Both the position numbers and the translations under genes were made by a program. Below, piece after piece: positions 45,978-64,000 of a stretch of 64,000 bases of DNA (the first letter of the stretch is position 1; the number at the start of each line of letters is the position of its first letter). Source of the stretch: Amoebidium appalachense (Eukaryota > Protista > Ichthyosporea); NCBI GenBank assembly GCA_963693365.1, contig CAVNZM010000008.1, positions 8,932,818 through 8,996,817 on the forward strand, written 5' to 3'. Below the pieces are notes generated by a model. The model ran no database searches. It saw nothing but the letters and a program-made list of their open reading frames with translations, and was not told the origin of the DNA.

Positions 45978-46503
45978 ACACACTACCACCACCATGCCAG
46001 TGCACGTGGCTACCACCACCACCACCTTCCCGGTGACACGTACGTACGGAATGCCGTGTGACCCGCGGGTGTGTATACGACGTACATGTTCGAGAGCCAG
46101 CTGCAGGGTGTGCGTGACTGTGTGTGTGTGTGCGCGCGCGCGTGCACGTGTGCGTGATTGCATGCACACATGCCAAATTAACCGTTACGGTGTTTGTGTG
46201 TGCACGTGTGTGTGCGTGTGCCGGAGTGCACACATACCTGGTTGAAACGGTTACACGTGCATAATTGTTTGTGTACGTGTGCGTGTGTGCATGCGTGTGC
46301 ACATGCCAAATCAGTGTGTGCTAAACTTTGTGTGTGTGACTGTGTTTGTGCATGCGTACATGCGATACCACATGTGTGTGCGAGTGTGAACATGCCAAAC
46401 GATATGTGTCCGCACGTGTGTGTGGGTTGTGGGCGTGCGCACATGCCAAGTGTTTGAGGTGTGTGCAACTGTGTCCGCGGGTGCATGCGTGTCATGCCAA
46501 ACC

Positions 46504-46558
<55 letters not shown>

Positions 46559-48592
46559 GACTGTACATGTGTGCATGTGTGTGCATTCCGCATGCATGTG
46601 CATGTGCATGTGCATGTGCCTGTACATCAGAACGCTCAATTTGGGTGGGCAGTCTCAAGGCTTTGCAATCAAGTGGCATTGCATGGCACAAAGTCATATA
46701 ATTTTTTAAATTTTTATTAGCCAACATGATTGGCTTCGACAGCTCCAAGATGATGGTGTTACCAATCCCCGCCACTGATATGTAATGGTCACCGAGCGCA
46801 ATGATTGGGTTTGCCTAATTATGGCATTATCCTATTTTAGGCATTGCCACACAAGATGCATAGTCACGGAATGCAGACTAATACTTCACACGCTTGGTGT
46901 TGAGCAAAAATGTCTGCATTTCTCAAAACATTTCTTATATGGAAATGGCGCAATTGCATATATGACTTGAAAAGACTATACATTATGCACTTAACCTACT
47001 CAATTAATCTGGCAACCTAGAAATAGCCTCATTATGACGTCATGCCCCAGATGGCCGATATGTATTTACATGTCCATGAATTCCTGTGCCCAAGGGAACT
47101 TTATCAGATTCCGAAAAGTTGAATTTGTGTGAAGACTTCATTTTTTCGCTGTGTAGAAACCTACATATCGACTGTACGTACGGTAAAGCAATATGAAATT
47201 GGTGCTCGTCGGTGCATGTATTGCACATGTATGCAGGCCCGAAATTCATGAAATTTTGATGGTGATATTTTTCTGCATATCTCCGATCAGGTTAGATAAA
47301 TCAATTAAAAAGAAAAAGAAAGTTTCTTAAGGCTTTGGGTGGTATTTTTTTTCATTTCCCTAAATACACACAAAAAGTGGGAATATTGCAATTTTAAGAA
47401 AAACTTGAATGGACCAATAATTTTTGCGTGATCCCACAATTAGCCAAATGTAGAAATTTGGGCGGGAAGTTTTTGCGCGCCCAAAAAAAAGAGTTTTTGC
47501 AAACAAAAAAGTATGAATATATAATGCCCACATCATGAAATGCATACCGTGCCCACACTATCGGCCGGGGGCTTGCAGGGCCGGCGCCCATAAATACAAA
47601 AATTGATGTCTGGATGGCGGTTTTCTTTTTTCTTTTTCTTCATTTTCCATTTGGGGTAATATTTGCTCTCTGCCCACTCCAAGTTGACCGTATCTTTGGC
47701 ACCAACAATTTCCGCAATTTCTTATAATATTTTTTTATTTGTAGGTTCGTGTAACAGTAGATTTAGCTGGCCGGCCAGCACAAAACCTCTCATACCTTCT
47801 TTTGTACATTTTCGGGGAATAAAAAAATAGCTTACTTGCGGGTATATCGGATCTTGGTAGGGAAAAAACGAGAAAAAACAAACTACAACAAGCCCAATCA
47901 CACCGGAAAAATATGGCATGTATGGCAGAAAACTGCATATGCTACAGTAAGGGGGACAGATATATATGTTCCGAAATATGATATCTATCTGTTAGTCACA
48001 GGAGCAAGAGCGCGAGGGAAATCTAATTTGGTTTCGTTTTCCCCTTCCATTTTTCGCTGGTTTGCACGCACGTTGCAACATGTGTGTGTGTTCGTGTGTG
48101 TGTGTGTTCGTGTGTGTGTGTACTCGTCTTCGTGCCTGCTTATTTATCTCCTTTTCTCTTCTTATCTCCATTCTGGGGCAATCATTGATTTGAGCTTTCC
48201 GTATCATACGTTCCTACTCCCTTGGCTCTATCATTAATACTCCCCCCTGTCTCCCACGCCCCAAGCACACACCCCTACAAGACCCCCTCCCGTGATAATA
48301 ATGCATGCTCCTCCCCGTAAAAAAGAACATTTATGTGCGATGTCAATCTTACCACTTTTGATGAAACTATTTACACAAGAAAGCAGCAAAAATCCAATCG
48401 ACCAGGGCTGGGTTGTCCAACAAACGTCGAACTTGGGCTGCTGCCGAAAGCGAAATTTCCAAACCAATTTTCGATGGGGGGAAAGAAAAATCTCAAAGCG
48501 ATTGTGTCATGTCGTCACGGTAATAACCAATCAAATCCCGCACACCAGAGGTTCAAGGTTTTTAAAAAAATATAAAGAGAAATTTAAAAATT

Positions 48593-49000
48593 TTAAACCT
48601 CCAGTGGCTCGTCTGGTTCGTTTGCCGGTGCCAATTCCTCTGCCCGTGTGACCGTCTTTGTGTGCCACACCCACACTTCCGTGCAGTTCCCCTTTGGCTG
48701 CAGAAACAAAAAACACAGTCAAAACCAAAGATAAAAAAGTCAACCCACACATCCCCCCCCCCCCCCCCCCCCCCCCACACACACACACAAAAAAAAAGGT
48801 GCACGTGCACACACAACACACACACTCTCATTCATACGTTCACTCTCTTTTTCACACACGCACACGCACACACACAACCTCTCTCTCTCCCACAACCTGT
48901 ACAAATGCACTCACACACCGGCAGGCGTAACATACAGCCCACACATCTACGACTGTGCACAGGCACAAATGGGACATTGCGTGTGCATGCGTGTGTTGTG

Positions 49001-49040
<40 letters not shown>

Positions 49041-50879
49041 GAGGGGGGGAGGGGGGGGGGGGGGGGGAGTCTACCTCGAGTTCATCGATTTCGGTGATGA
49101 AAAATTGAATGAACTTCGTCTCCAGGAACCCCGGCTGTGGAAAATGACATGGTTAGTATCTTAACGAGACACCAGGTGTCTGTGCCTGTCTGTGTGTGCG
49201 TTTAAGAGAAATGAGATGTGTCTACGATGCCTGTGTGCATGTCCATGCAAGCAGGCACATGCATGTATGAATGTGTGCATGTTTTTGTTCATATGCGCGC
49301 ACACCGTGTGTGTGATGTACTCGTGTGCATGTGTGTGTGCCTCTCCCCGCGTGTGTGCAGTATATGTGCGTATGTATCTGTGTATGTGTGTGTGTGTGTG
49401 TGTGTGTATGTGTTTGTGTGTGCTTGTCACGTGACACTCACCAAGAATGTGTGGCTGAAATGTACCCGGGTGCCCTTCTTGATTCTGTCGTGGACCATTT
49501 TGAGGTTCACCGCAAACGCTCCCATGTCCAGAACAAACTTTCTCTGCACAAAACAAGAACAAAAAAAAAAAAAAAAAAGGGGGGGGGGGGGGGGGGAGGG
49601 TAAGTAGGCTGCCAAGAGGAAGGGAGCAGGGGCACATAAAAAAGCCAAGTAGAAAATAACAACCAGTTGCACCTACTTACCCCCATTCTTTCACTTCACG
49701 CACAAGAGGAAAAGAAACAAAAAAAAAGTGCATGTCTCCAAAACAAATCTGTCCCCCATGATGTTTCCTAGCTCTCGACCTTCTTCTGTGGAGGTGCTGC
49801 TTAGCCCTTTGACGGCACCCGATCATAGCATTGCTGAAATATCGATAACATTACAACATATCCCCTCCCCCCCCCCCCCCCCCCCTCCCCCCCCCCCCCC
49901 CCCAAAAAAAAAAAAAAAAAAAAAAAGTACACAAAAACATTCTTACGAAACTAATTAGCCAGCCAGAACGGTAGAGGGAAGGGGGGTAAACCGAAGCAAA
50001 AAAAAGTGCTAACTCACCCCCGCCATGAAGTTGGAGACGAAGCCGTTCACCTTTCCAGTCTTCTTGTCGAGGGTGCATCGTTCGTACATGCGCCCACCAG
50101 AGAACCCCATCGCCCAGCAGCTCACTGTGCGTTAAGTTTGATTCGTCAGCTTTAAATTCTAGAAGTCAAACCCAAAGGGGCAAAAAAAAAAAAAAAAAAA
50201 AAAAAAAAGATTTTAACACCCGCCAGAAAACCCCGATCGCATCGCGGCTCACTGTGCGCCATGTTTGATCCGTTGGTTTAAAAGTGATACAATTAAACTA
50301 AAAAATAACAAAAAATTAAAGATAGTGCACACACATACTCTCTAGCACACAAGTACACGTGCGTACACTCCCACACCACAAATGGATATGGTCATGTGCA
50401 TACACGCACACGCGCCCATCCGAAAGCCCGCAAGCCTCACACACACACACACGCACATACCCGCATTCGTGGAGCGGATGGCTTCAAAGAGCCGCAAGTC
50501 ATAGGCATTGTCATCATCACCAAAGTACAGCACGCCATCACCCCCAGCTGCGGCCGACTCTTCCAACACCTTCTTCAGTCCCGCGTTTCTCTGATTCACC
50601 CCCCGGTGCCCATGTGGGTTGTCTTCTCGGTTTGGCGATGTCGCTGATATGTGCGAGTACTTGAAGACTTTACTGTGGGTGGAATAAGTTCGCGTAAGAC
50701 AAAGACAGATAGAGAGCAAAGAGTGGAATAGGTGAAATGCCGGGGAAAAGACGAGGGTCAGCCAGCACGTGCAAGAACAATAAGGACGCAGTTAGCCGGG
50801 ACTCTCGAGCCATCTTCTAGCCAGCGACATGAATGCAGCGACAAAAATGATAAACGTCGACAGACACACACAAACACAA

Positions 50880-50911
<32 letters not shown>

Positions 50912-52065
50912 GTGCCTTCTTTGAAGAATGTCCTCCACCAGCTGTGACGTTTGGTTTGCATCCTCCACTACCACCCAGTGTAATCGTGGCACATTGTTGA
51001 GCGTGTTCGCCAGTCGCGTCAAATCTGCCCTCTGTTTGACACGACACAGTTAGAGATATATAAAATAGAATATAGAGTGCATGCAGAGTTTAAGACAAGG
51101 TGGAAATTCTCGAGCTCAAGGAACGCTTGGTCGCACGTGCAGGATACAGTGGAAACGAGTGGTGATCTATACGAGTAGCGAAAATTGAAACAAAGGCACA
51201 GGGTCAGGTTGCGTCAGGTTCTCAAAAACAACCAACCTTCCGCCCTCAGATGACACGATATAACAACACGATAAGGGAGGTGGAGCGTGCTTGACTGCGT
51301 GCGTGTCTAAGGGAAGAAAGAGATCGACGGAAAATGCCTACAAGTAGGAACTAACCTGCGTCGCCTGGTTCACGGTAGGCGTGACAAAATAGATGATGGG
51401 CAGTGCATCCTCCGGGTTCATCACGGTTCTGTTTTCTGCTTCTAGCGCCGTCTCATTCCTCTTGACCGTGCCATCCTCGTTGACAATTAATATTTGGCCG
51501 TTTCGTGGAAGCTCGACACACAAGACGTTACTAACAGCATCGAAGCTATGGGAGGCTGCATGAAGAGAAACATCAGAAAGGGGTTCGAAGCGAACTTCCT
51601 TTATGGCTCACATGCGAAAAAGGGGGAAAAGCAAGGAGAATGGAGCGTAACTGGTGGTGCAAGTGTGTGTGTGTGTATGTGTGTGTTCGCCGGCGCGCAT
51701 GTGCGTGTGTGCTGGGTGTGTTGGGTGGGGGGGGGGGAGTGCGTAGGTAGGGAAACGGAAGGGCACTTAAGAGACATGGCGACCTAGTCAGCCACCATAC
51801 CGGCTTGGGTGCGGAAACAGGCACAAAGTGGATTGAAAGGAAGAGCACCCAAGTTTTTGAAACAAGTCGAGGAACAAAGAGAACAACAAAAAGAGGGAAG
51901 GGAAAATAAAACAGCGGAGATGCATGCAAAATCAAAAAACGTACCGACTATGACGCATACCCACAAGGCGGCCACAAGCACGGCCAGCCTCCACTTATGT
52001 GTGTGTACGGTGGCGTGGACACTCTTCATCACTACACCACCGTTTATCGAGGAGCTCATGGTCAT
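48593..52065 (-). CDS. GT43 family beta-1,3-glucuronosyltransferase (GlcAT-I/B3GAT-like), ~340 aa; exons 52065-51945, 51555-51356, 51031-50916, 50672-50461, 50124-50018, 49543-49442, 49134-49075, 48697-48593
   Basis: Type II TM anchor; IYFVTPT..Q|RADLTRLANTL..VPRLHWVVVED; RGVNQRNAGL; GVLYFGDDDNAY; LDMGAFAVN; GFLETKF; NCTEVWVWHTKT. Confidence 0.93.
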
Positions 52066-53499
52066 GTTAACAGGAGATGCTTCCTCTTGAACTTGTATAT
52101 AAAAGAGTGTGGGATGTATGAATGATTGGGAGAGTATGGTTGAAAAGATTAACCTTGGCCGTTCCCTCCACGAAGAAAGGGCAATGGCCCGTGCAACTGG
52201 AACAGCGAAAAATGACAGGGGGTTTTCGGATTCTTCTCCCTCCGTGCCTGTTTCAAAACGTGAACCAAAAAGCTTTTGAGCTTCAAAAATTGCTAGAAAA
52301 TTGCCTGAACTGACGAGGCTCAAAGTGAAGCTTTTAAGTCGGCTGTCGACTGGCAGCCTTTCTATGGCGCAAAAAAACAAGCTATGACGTAATATCGTAA
52401 GGTAGAGAGGAAAAGCACACTACAAGCTTCTGACTACTACTACTCCACTACTCTACAGGTTAGGTGTATTAGAGCTTTTCCTGGCGTGTATATTGCCTGT
52501 GTATGCCTTACTCACTTGGAAAAAATGAACCCTTGCTTTCAATCTTACTAGGAAGCACTATCGTTTTCTTGTTATTCTTGGTTCCCTAACAACAACACAT
52601 GCACATCGGCATTCCACTTGTACAGGATTCATCAAACTGAGAAATGGAAACGCAACAGCAACGCAGGTGAATGCATTCCGTTTTAGGCTGTTGCGGCAAA
52701 ATCGTAAACGTACCCTCACTACGATTGGTTGAATTTGGTATTCAAGAATCAAGGCTTGCGCGAAAAGAACGCATCTTGAGTGTACTTGTTGTTTTCTTGT
52801 ATAGCCTAGCACATGTTTCTTTTCTATATAGCTAACATTAGTTTTTTGTGTTTTTTTTTTATTTCGTAGAGACATAAACACATTATTGAAAATGAATGGA
52901 TGTCATTACTATGTAAAACATCTTAAGTAGCCCCTCAGTTGATTGGTGTTATATCAGCTTTAATAGATGCCGTTGTCTATTTGGTGCTCATAACTTGCGC
53001 TTTCATAGAATGGCCTATGATTTGTAACCAATTACAGAAGCTGCAATCTTGATTGAAACTGCGACCAGCAGGGTGCGAAGGATCTTAATCCGGTGACCAT
53101 AATATTGCCTTCGGCTATCTGGACTTAAGCGCTGTTTTTTTCCATGTTAACTTTCCTTCTTATTATAAATGTAACATTTAATGAGAGGCTAAAGGGCTTT
53201 TTCCAAAGCTTCCGGCCATTCTGTTATCACCTAGGAGTTCCCTATACAAGTATGCAGGGGCGGGAATTGTCTACCCTGGGTGTGACTCGTCATCCTCGAA
53301 CAGATGAACGCCATATGCAAAGCCAGACCGACATGTCAGATGTACAAACTAAAAAAAAATCTGGGGTGTATAAAGCGTTTGTAATATATTTGTCCTTTTT
53401 TTTTAATAAAAAAATATGCTAATACCCCTTATTAAGAAAATTGAGCAAGCGACTTGGTAGCATGAGGTTAGCACGCTTGATGAAAGATCATCTACAAAT

Positions 53500-53700
53500 A
53501 GCCAACCCTGTAGCCAATCACAGCGCCCTTGGGTCTTTTTGCCCATGCCAAAAACGATTTACCCCAAAGTCCAATCGTGTGCGAGTCCAACTTCTGATTG
53601 GCTCGACTACTAAACACACACCCAATCACATGCTTATTTGCTCGATATGGTCACACATAAACCCGCCATCGTTCGTGCCCCCACCCCGCCCCGCCAGCCG
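53500..53700. promoter_or_regulatory. CCAAT-box cluster with GC box (promoter-like)
   Basis: Four CCAAT/ATTGG motifs (~53514, 53571, 53597, 53622) and CCCCGCCCC (~53684), about 1.5 kb upstream of the GT43 start. Confidence 0.35.
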
Positions 53701-55529
53701 TGAGAGTCAGACTGACTCGGGGCGTCCGAGACGGTGACACACGTGCACAGCCGTTCTACGTTTTGAAAGTTAATAAGTTTTGTAGATTTCTATGGTGTTG
53801 GCAACTTGTAAATGCCAATATAACTGCTCACAGGGAGCATCATTATTGTATATGTGGGGTTGTGCTTTGCTGTCAGGCGCGAGATTTGTCTCGTGGCATG
53901 GCAATCACGCAATGCCATCCGAAAGAGGCCTAGGAGTGTTAAGGAGGCTGGGGTAGTGGATGTTTCGGAATGGTTGCTCTGGCTTTCTACTTGGAGCAAT
54001 GATCTACATCAGATGGGTTCTTTTAACGTGTTTTTTTATCTATGTATCCTGTTGGGTGAAATTATTGTTGGTCCTAAGTGCCGGCACCTCCTCACAGCAC
54101 ACATGCACGTCGATAATAAAAGCACATTGCCCCCCCCCCCCCACCATTTAGATTTGTACACACTCAATCGGTTGCACGTGTGCGCAGGAGATTGCAGAAA
54201 AGGTCCGGTAAACTAGAAGATACACATCATATGCAAGTGCGATTTAATTAATGTAGGTAGCACTATGCTTGTTGAATGCTCGTGCCTCTCGGGGGACTAA
54301 ATCCCTCGGTGCATGCAAATGCGCTGCATTCCGTGTTCATGTTTTCTCCCTTCATGAAGGTCCCCCAGTTATTCTGCGTGCAAGTCTACTCTCCATGTGC
54401 AAAAAATATCGGTGGTTGTGTTTGTGTTCTTGTAGAAGTTGTTCAATTCCAACATTGGGCAAACATCGCGCAATTCTATAGTGTGTTGAAAGCTGAGCAG
54501 TTGAGTCGGTGAGCTTGTATTTACTCCCTGGATCATTTGCTTGTGTGAATGTGCCGCACACGCCAATTGTGTGTTCCTGGCAGTCCGTACCTGTAGGTCA
54601 CGAAGTGCACATGCCCTTCTCTCCGTATAATTAACAGAACATAATTGGTACATACACCCAAACACGAAAACCGTAAGTATGTAGCACGCTGCATAATGTA
54701 GCTACTAGCTTGCTGGCTGTTCAAGGGAAATTAACTGTCCGTAGGTTGGAACTCTCAACGGTTGCCAGCTGTTGTGTGATAGTATACCTACCATCACGTG
54801 CAACATTTGCACTCAGAATGCAAGGGTGAACATCTTTTAACACAACATTGTTGATTTATCGGCCAAGTTTTCTGCGCTGCCAGTGCAAATTAAGAAACAT
54901 CGACCATAACGGACTTCAGGAGAAACATTGAGTTAACAAAAGACAAGATTAACAAATCAGCCCCCCCCAGAAAGACAGACAAAACTACCCTTGAACACTG
55001 CTGTCAGGACCATGTTTGTTACAAGCATTTTCATACACCGTTTTCACTCTCACTCGGCACTTCCTAGTGCAAAATTAACGAAATAGTCTGAGACGGATCT
55101 TAGAAGCTTTGCCATCGAATGACAACACACTCCGCCTCGTACAATAATGACAAGCAAATAAGGTAATAGGAATGTTCCCCATCACAATTATTCCTACTAG
55201 CTGACTAGCAGCTCATCGTCACTAGTATTAGCACACAGCGGCCCATGCACACAGTCTTGGAAAAATGATCATCACATGGTCAGGCAAGTCATGTGCGGGC
55301 GAAGTGGGGAGGTGTCACAGTGAAGTGCATGTGCGTGGAAAGTAAAACGAGGGATGAAGTTGGGAGCTGAAGAGTTATTTTTACGATTCCATAATCCACG
55401 GACAACCCCCCCTCCCCCCCCCCCCAAAAAAAGAAAAGACATCCGCCAAAGAGCGAAACACAGAAAGTTAAAAGAACACCAAAGGAAAATGAAGAGCACA
55501 TAATCAATAAAAGAACCACATGGGGGAGG

Positions 55530-55588
<59 letters not shown>

Positions 55589-55640
55589 GAGGAGGGAGGG
55601 GGGGGGAGGGGGGGGGAGGGGGAGGGACATGAATGCGGGT

Positions 55641-61904
<6,264 letters not shown>

Positions 61905-62208
61905 GTTGAAATCGGTGCCAGGGAGAAGGATCGGCTGTGAATATTTGCTGCAGGAAATAGTCCAATGGAGATCTTGGGAAGAGCCTCAGTAGTAGACAAG
62001 TCTTCAGAAGTCCTGAGGTGAACAAATTATAAAAGTTGAAGTGCGTCGAACAAGGTATGAAGTGTCGACACGGTCCGCGCACCGTACGCGGGTGCCGCAG
62101 CGCATCATAGCAGAACACCGTGCTCCAGTGCATTTCATAAACCGTTCTGTGTGTTCCGAGTTTTGCGCGATAGACGTGATTTCTCTTTTTTTCCTATTGG
62201 TTCATTAG

Positions 62209-62249
<41 letters not shown>

Positions 62250-62445
62250 GGGGGGACAGCTTCAGACACATTCAATTCATGCACATGAGCTGTGTACCGA
62301 GTGTTTTTTGCCAAACCGAACGAACTTCGAAGCTTGCTCAATCGGATATGCACAAAAACGGCTGATAACCCGGCCAACTAACTACCCCCTCGAGGCTCTC
62401 CCACCCGGACCCCCCTCCCCCTTCCTCCTCCCGTCCCCCCGGCCC

Positions 62446-62489
<44 letters not shown>

Positions 62490-63153
62490 CCCCACACACA
62501 CACACACACACACAGGTTTCTCCACCACCAGCACCCATGCAGCACCCTCCCAAGCTGCGGACGCTAAAAAAAAATTGGAAAATGGCATTTCTTGCTGTGA
62601 GTAATAGACAAACTTACCCTCCCCTCCTCACCCGGCCCTCCATGGCCATGGCCAATGGCACCCCTCCCCCTCCCCCCCCCCCCCCCCCCCCCCCTTTTTT
62701 TATTATTTTTTTTTTAATCGGATATATCCCCCCCCGCCCCCCTGCCGCCCACTCCATCTATCGACGTCTGCCAACCCACCCGCTCGCCCGCCCGTCCGAG
62801 GCTCCCGCCAGTGAAGAAACTCATATTTGGTTAATGAGAATCTCAGTCACGGTATGAATGCATGGATGTGTGCGTGTTTGTGTGTGTGTGGCTGTGTGTG
62901 TGCAGGTTGTACTGTACTGTAGCATGTGTCCGTGTGCGTGAGAGGGAACGTGTATCTGCGTGCGTGGGCTTGACACTGTGTGTGTGTGTGTGCACGTGTG
63001 TGCACGTGTGGACGTGTGTGTGTGTGTGTGTTTATGCGTGTGCATGCATATATTTGGTGCGTGCGTGTGTGCGTGTGCGTGTGTGTATGTCTGAGTGTAT
63101 GTGTGTGCCACGAGAGAGAGAGAGAGAGAGAAAGACTCTGAGAGAGAAAGAGA

Positions 63154-63256
<103 letters not shown>

Positions 63257-63720
63257 TCTTGTGTGTGTTTGTATGTGTCCTGAGTGTTGCGTGTCTGTGT
63301 GTGATACTGTGGACGAAGAGCAGGGCAAAGAGGGGCATGTGCAGAAGGCTTGAGGGGGGTGGGGTGGGGGGGGGGGGGGGGGGGAAGGGGGGGCTTCGGA
63401 AGTGCTCAACCATATCACTGACAGCATAAGTACTATAATGGAGTGCTGTCGGTGCTTATTGGTGGAATTCTGTCAAATTTTCCTGTTAGGGCCCCCAAGG
63501 GGTTCCTCCGCGGAGATACCACTGGCAGATAAGATAATGAAATTAGTATCAAACAAAGCCTACTATCCCTCTTTCTTTATCCTAGCTCTCTTCTGGAGTG
63601 TCACCTGTTGAAGCGTACTAGTCACCGAGCTGCTCACATGTTCATTCGGTCACTCAATAGTAATATCGAGTCCGCCTCCAGCCCCCCCTGTTCCACCCCT
63701 CTCCCTCTCCCCTCCCCCCC

Positions 63721-63751
<31 letters not shown>

Positions 63752-64000
63752 ACATACACATGTAACACACACACACACCACCCGCGGCCCCTTCACTGCT
63801 TCACTGGGCCCCCACCCCGACCTTAGTTTCAGTTCTTCCATCCCTTTTCCACTTCCAGCGTGCACGCAAGGTGAGCTCGTGCTTAAACGATGGCATCACC
63901 ACTCTCAAATAATCATCACGTTGACACAGCAAGAATGCTCACAAAAACATACCCACGCTCATGCGGGCACACACACACACACTCTCTCTTTCTCTCTCTC

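Overview
Eukaryotic, intron-rich genomic DNA saturated with (CA)n/(GT)n, (GA)n and poly-G/poly-C tracts. Most ORFs in the supplied track are microsatellite artefacts. The gene set suggests an opisthokont, possibly a unicellular holozoan (inference only). Spliced genes assembled by hand from splice boundaries and frame continuity: DJ-1/PARK7 homolog (+, 5'-partial), a stand-alone Vps62-like + DysF protein (+), cytochrome b561-domain protein (-), mitochondrial-type AlkB dioxygenase (+), GT43 glucuronosyltransferase (-, probable GC-AG intron) and a GtrA-like 4-TM protein (-). There is also an intronless HMG-box transcription factor (-) and an intronic tRNA-Leu(CAA). A non-autonomous hAT-type element (TIRs, 8-bp TSD) contains a young Ngaro-type tyrosine-recombinase retrotransposon whose 5' gag end is replaced by a perfect 206-bp fold-back. 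The most unusual signal is a dispersed repeat (about 16 full or partial copies, ending in poly-C). Its clear intronic copies all lie sense to the host gene. Diverged copies show compensatory base changes for a multi-pseudoknot RNA carrying the hammerhead core motifs (GUU, GAAAC, CUGANGA) in a non-canonical strand order. All structures were paired by eye; nothing was computed or searched.
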